From Bacteroidales bacterium (GTDB taxonomy: Bacteria > Bacteroidota > Bacteroidia > Bacteroidales > VadinHA17): a DNA stretch of 48,207 bases. This document shows positions 44,414 to 48,207 of this stretch, piece by piece (the first letter of the stretch is position 1; the number at the start of each line of letters is the position of its first letter). The translations under genes were made by a program, and so were the position numbers. Under the pieces are notes generated by a model, which saw only the letters and a program-made list of their open reading frames with translations, was not told where the DNA came from and did not search any database. The stretch is from the NCBI GenBank assembly GCA_031396165.1, contig JANNKF010000400.1:1-48207 (forward strand). Reading direction: 5' to 3'.

Positions 44414-46369
44414 TTATTTAACAACAAACTCTTTATCCTTCAGAACACCACCTCTTGTTGAAAACAGGCTTGCTTTTAGGCTTAGTTCGCTTCTGTTATA
44501 AAGTCTGATGTTAAAAACGGCTGTGGTCACAGATCCACCATCTGTAAATGGTACATTCCTTGAATATGTGGGTTGAACAGCGGACCTCTCCTCATCATTA
44601 TAACCGCCCCTTCCTTCCCTGGCAACAACAGCGCCACCTCTGCCTGCACTGACAGCTACAGGCTTTTTGTCCTCGATAACTTTATAGCTTATCTTCCCTG
44701 AGGAAGATCCGGCTGTATCGAATTCGAGTACCAGCCGGTCTTCTTTGACAATCTTCACAAGATGAGCCTGTTTGAGTGCAGTCGGTAGTTTGCCGTTATT
44801 TCTGAAACTTATTTTCAATTGGTAATCAGTTGAATCTCCTTTATATGATTTGACTTTTTTCACATCAAAACCTTCCCAGATAAGTTCAGGAAGATGTTTA
44901 GCCAGTTCCAGATTAAAAAGTGCTTCATTTTTTATCCAGGGTTCAAGATGTTTTGCTGGCGGATTCTGAGAAAAGAACTTGGGATCAAATCCCCCGATCT
45001 CAATTTCCCCATATACAGGATGTTTTGCTGGTTTCCATTCAAAAAAACCAAGACTATCATTCTCTTCATCATCCCATTTTATCATATCGAGCTGATCGAT
45101 GACCTTATCTCCGTTATAGTCCTTGTTTCTGGCACCGTTCCAGATCTCATCGCCATACCAGATGGCACCAAAATACCAATAGCCGAAGTCAGGTCCATGT
45201 CCGAAAAGAGGTGTACCGTTGCCATAATCATTATACACATCACCCGCCCTGGTATAGCCTGTAATTTTCTTCCCAATCTCATCAAAAGTCTTGTACCAAT
45301 GAAGATCCTCGGGATACATTCTGTCCGCTGAAGCTGATGTTGAAGGCGGCCGAAGGTGCATAGGAACACTGGTATCCATGGAATTAACAACATAAACATT
45401 TGGATGGGAAAGGAGGAATAAGACTACCGCTCTTGTCTCTGTCTCACTGAGCGGGTATTCACCTGCACCTCCCTGTGTATTACCTCTTCCTGTTGATTCA
45501 GTCCGTGGCCGCCAGTTTTCAGCATAGTTTCTATGCAGATCCAGTCCACCGATCCCGTCTTCATTAATCCGGCCATCGCCATCATTGTCAATTCCCTCAG
45601 ATGAAGTCAGATAAACCCCTTTACCTGCAGCAACTCTTTTCATAATTCGTCCGGTGGAGTCTTTGGGATCAGGTATCATTGTTCCCTTTTTGTCATCTTT
45701 CCATCTCATTGTGAGAATTATTCCGTTCCCGTCGAGATCCTCAGATGCGTCTTCATCCAGAAGACCATCACCATCATTGTCCTGTGGTCTTACGGTACTT
45801 CTGTTACTCTGTGCAGTATTAAGGTAAAGATTATGACCATCCGGATTATTGACAGGCCGGAGATAAAATGTTTTGGTATCGATAAGCCTTGTTATCTCAC
45901 TGTCTTTTCCATAATTATCGAGGAGGTATTTGATCAGAAATAATACCGATTCTGAAGCAGTGACCTCTCCACTGTGGCGCCCGCCTTCAAAAAAAGCTGC
46001 TGGCTTATCCGTGTCTTTGCCTGTTTTTTTGTTTGTAAGGGTTAACTGATAAATCGGACGTCCTTCAAAGCTCGTCCCAACTTCATACATATCAATCAGT
46101 TCCGGATATTTATCTGCCCATCTTTTAAGCCAGGCGTAAATTACGTCTTCAGAATGGTAAGTATCGAATTTCAGGCTGTCGGAAGCAACATACTGAACCG
46201 ATTTCAATTCAATCTTTGTGAAGAAATTCACTCCATGCCTGGTCCCCGCAAGAGTATAATTTTTAACTTTTGAACCGTCTCTGTCAGAGGATGTTCGCTG
46301 ACTACCCGGCTGACCAAGGAGAATGGCAGGAATCAATAAGATCCCTGAAATAAACAGATATTTATTCAT
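44414..46369 (-). CDS. Secreted M14-family zinc carboxypeptidase with DxDxDG calcium-type inserts
   Basis: Sec signal peptide, zinc motif GGRHSGE (HxxE), and inserts DNDGDGLLDEDASEDLDGNG and DNDGDGRINEDG. Confidence 0.8.
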   Translation of the reverse strand: MNKYLFISGILLIPAILLGQPGSQRTSSDRDGSKVKNYTLAGTRHGVNFFTKIELKSVQYVASDSLKFDTYHSEDVIYAWLKRWADKYPELIDMYEVGTSFEGRPIYQLTLTNKKTGKDTDKPAAFFEGGRHSGEVTASESVLFLIKYLLDNYGKDSEITRLIDTKTFYLRPVNNPDGHNLYLNTAQSNRSTVRPQDNDGDGLLDEDASEDLDGNGIILTMRWKDDKKGTMIPDPKDSTGRIMKRVAAGKGVYLTSSEGIDNDGDGRINEDGIGGLDLHRNYAENWRPRTESTGRGNTQGGAGEYPLSETETRAVVLFLLSHPNVYVVNSMDTSVPMHLRPPSTSASADRMYPEDLHWYKTFDEIGKKITGYTRAGDVYNDYGNGTPLFGHGPDFGYWYFGAIWYGDEIWNGARNKDYNGDKVIDQLDMIKWDDEENDSLGFFEWKPAKHPVYGEIEIGGFDPKFFSQNPPAKHLEPWIKNEALFNLELAKHLPELIWEGFDVKKVKSYKGDSTDYQLKISFRNNGKLPTALKQAHLVKIVKEDRLVLEFDTAGSSSGKISYKVIEDKKPVAVSAGRGGAVVAREGRGGYNDEERSAVQPTYSRNVPFTDGGSVTTAVFNIRLYNRSELSLKASLFSTRGGVLKDKEFVVK

Positions 46370-46426
46370 CTCTTTTAATGTATTTTTAGAATTGAACAGT
46401 ATACAGAATTATCCGAAGGAACAATA

Positions 46427-47122
46427 TCAACCCCGCTTGGAAATAACTTCAAGTTTTTCAAGATCAACCACTTCTATAGTTTTGCCAAACACCCTTATTA
46501 TGCCTTCTTTTTTAAAATCAGACAAAGTACGGATCACATTGGCGGTGCTCATACCGATATAGTCCGCTATCTCCTTTCGGGAAACAGGAAGGTCAAAAAC
46601 CCTTGATTTATAGATCTCATTTGTGAAGTAGAGAAGAACATAGGCTACTCTCCCGACAAGGTTTTTTTGTCTTATATCAAGTGTCTGGTTTATTATTTTA
46701 TCGTTTATCAGAGAGATCTTTGTCAACAGAACCATTGCGAAAGATCCATTTTTGAGGAAAAGTGATTTTATGAAATCAAGATTCACTGTACATACTACAG
46801 AATCTTCAAGTGCAGATACCGAATACTGGTAACGTTCCTCAGAGAAGATGCTCATATTGCTCACAAATTCGAACGGACGTGTAATCGTAATAACCTGTTC
46901 CTCACCGGTCGTTGTTCTGCGGTACAGTTTTACCAAACCACTCTTAAGATATTTAAATGTTGAGATCTTCTCACCTTCGTGGTTAATAACTTCTCCCTTA
47001 TGAAAAAACTGTTCCTCTTTGTTATTGCACAATTCTTCAATTGTTGAATCATCGAGATAGGAGAAGACTACATCCCTGAAATCACAATTTGAGCAGATGC
47101 ATATTTTTTTCTTTTCGTTCAC
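46427..47122 (-). CDS. Crp/Fnr-family transcription regulator with N-terminal Cys cluster
   Basis: cNMP-like beta-roll, C-terminal HTH RKEIADYIGMSTANVIRTLSDFKKEG, and Cys8, Cys10, Cys13, Cys32 and Cys111. GTG start. Confidence 0.85.
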   Translation of the reverse strand: MNEKKKICICSNCDFRDVVFSYLDDSTIEELCNNKEEQFFHKGEVINHEGEKISTFKYLKSGLVKLYRRTTTGEEQVITITRPFEFVSNMSIFSEERYQYSVSALEDSVVCTVNLDFIKSLFLKNGSFAMVLLTKISLINDKIINQTLDIRQKNLVGRVAYVLLYFTNEIYKSRVFDLPVSRKEIADYIGMSTANVIRTLSDFKKEGIIRVFGKTIEVVDLEKLEVISKRG

Positions 47123-47138
47123 TCTGTTTAGTTTTTCA

Positions 47139-47146
47139 CAAATTTA
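47139..47146 (-). promoter_or_regulatory. Candidate -7 box (TAAATTTG on minus) for the Crp/Fnr gene
   Basis: TAnnTTTG match 16 nt upstream of the GTG start. A CAAA (-33 TTTG) lies 22 nt further upstream at 47169-47172. Confidence 0.35.
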
Positions 47147-47248
47147 TCAAATTCCTGAACAAATTATTCAAATTCAATTTGTTTTATTCCCAAATTTAGG
47201 CCTATTTTGACCGTCATTTGCTACAATATTATCTAATTTCACCTTTTA

Positions 47249-48034
47249 ATGGTCTACAAAACTGACTATCATGTACATTCCAGCTATAGTGATGGCCGTT
47301 CTGTCCCGGACGACTATATTGCTCCTGCTGTTGTGGCCGGATTGAGTGAAATCGGATTTTCGGAGCACCTCACTTTATTCAAGGATCCTGAAGAGTGGAA
47401 TATGAATCCGGTCAATATTTCTCCCTATATAAATCACATTGAAAAGCTGAGGAGTAATACCAGTGATATAAAAATCAAAATCGGGCTTGAAGTAGACTTT
47501 TTCGCTGGAAGAGAGAAGGAGATCAGGAACTTTCTTAAACCTTTCCCCCTCGATTACATTATCGGATCTGTACACTACCTGGGTGAAAAAACTGTTGATT
47601 TTGGTCCGGAATTTTATGAAGGAAAAAGCATTGACAAACTTTTTAAATCTTACTTTGATTCTATAACTGCTGCTGCCGGTGCCGACCTGTTCGATATTAT
47701 TGCTCACTGTGATTTAATCAGGATCTATGGTTACAAACCTGTATCTGATATTGAACCCCTCTACAGGAGACTTGCAAAAACCATGAAGGAACATAATATT
47801 GCATTCGAACTTAATACCAATGGTAGAAACAGACCCCTGGCTGACTTTTATCCTGACAGAAAATACCTGCATATTTTCAGAGAAGAAAACGTACCTGTTT
47901 GCGTGAATTCTGATGCCCATATGCCAGCCAGGATAGGACAATATTTCGATGAAGCTTATGAGCTGCTGAGATATGTCGGGTTCACCGAGATGGCTGTTTT
48001 TGATAAGAGAGTGAGAAGGATGATTCCTTTCTGA
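47249..48034 (+). CDS. HisJ-family histidinol-phosphatase (PHP domain)
   Basis: N-terminal DYHVHSSYSDG metal motif, ~260 aa, internal GSVHY, and C-terminal NSDAH. Confidence 0.85.
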   Translation: MVYKTDYHVHSSYSDGRSVPDDYIAPAVVAGLSEIGFSEHLTLFKDPEEWNMNPVNISPYINHIEKLRSNTSDIKIKIGLEVDFFAGREKEIRNFLKPFPLDYIIGSVHYLGEKTVDFGPEFYEGKSIDKLFKSYFDSITAAAGADLFDIIAHCDLIRIYGYKPVSDIEPLYRRLAKTMKEHNIAFELNTNGRNRPLADFYPDRKYLHIFREENVPVCVNSDAHMPARIGQYFDEAYELLRYVGFTEMAVFDKRVRRMIPF

Positions 48035-48060
48035 ATAAACAATAAGTTACACGTATTTTT

Positions 48061-48192
48061 TGCCCCCCCCATCCCTATAAAGGTGGTTAATCTGGCGAAT
48101 GTTTTGCCCCCCCTGCCCCCCTAAAGGGGGGTTAATCTCAAATAATAATATATCTATCATAAATGAAGATGTTAGCCCCCCTATAGGGGGGG
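48061..48192. repeat. Three tandem C-run/G-run tetraloop hairpin units
   Basis: Unit 1 TGCCCCCCCCATCCCTATAAAGGTGGTTAATCT (48061-48093, degenerate). Unit 2 TGCCCCCCCTGCCCCCCTAAAGGGGGGTTAATCT (48105-48138). Unit 3 CCCCCC-TATA-GGGGGGG (48176-48192). Confidence 0.8.
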
Positions 48193-48207
48193 GTTGGTGG
48201 GCGGATC

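Overview
This 48.2 kb window looks like core chromosome of a Bacteroidota-type bacterium. The evidence is roughly 40% GC by eye, almost no Shine-Dalgarno sequences, many genes preceded by the Bacteroidetes -7 box TAnnTTTG, and an F-ATPase a subunit with a long N-terminal extension.

Gene content in order:
- Minus strand: bactofilin, atpZ, an atpI-like gene and atpB-E-F-H-A-G (atpG runs off the left edge).
- Minus strand: yceD-rpmF-plsX-fabH.
- Two LiaF-like membrane proteins with a LytS-type kinase and a LytTR regulator.
- yidD, a zinc metallopeptidase and an ICMT-like methyltransferase.
- A LolA-like / 2x FtsX permease / ABC ATPase / beta-barrel cluster.
- A signal-less GH16-like protein.
- An ECF sigma / anti-sigma / OMP module.
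- A ThiF-family E1-like enzyme.
- A tightly overlapping pepE / AsmA-like / histidine kinase / U32 peptidase string.
- selU, translationally coupled to a hybrid histidine kinase; then rsgA.
- Two tandem phosphofructokinases predicted to be PPi-dependent.
- A TIGR01777-type epimerase and a DUF4143-type AAA ATPase.
- A Crp/Fnr / M14 carboxypeptidase / TldD / PmbA string.
- A HisJ-type PHP phosphatase.

I found no rRNA, tRNA, CRISPR array, transposase, integrase or recognisable defence or toxin gene. I did not find a convincing new multi-gene protein system.

The most unusual content is non-coding. Nearly every intergenic gap longer than 100 nt holds structured palindromic repeats from several sequence families:
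- 28-nt GTAG...CTAC palindromes in three-unit arrays.
- CTAC...GTAG long hairpins.
- Heptad-built hairpins.
- C6/G6 tetraloop hairpins.
- A GTCATCC/GGATGAC composite.

Several sit inside operons, and some show compensatory stem changes. Protein-level oddities are reported as separate findings. All homology calls come from motif recognition by eye. No database search was run.
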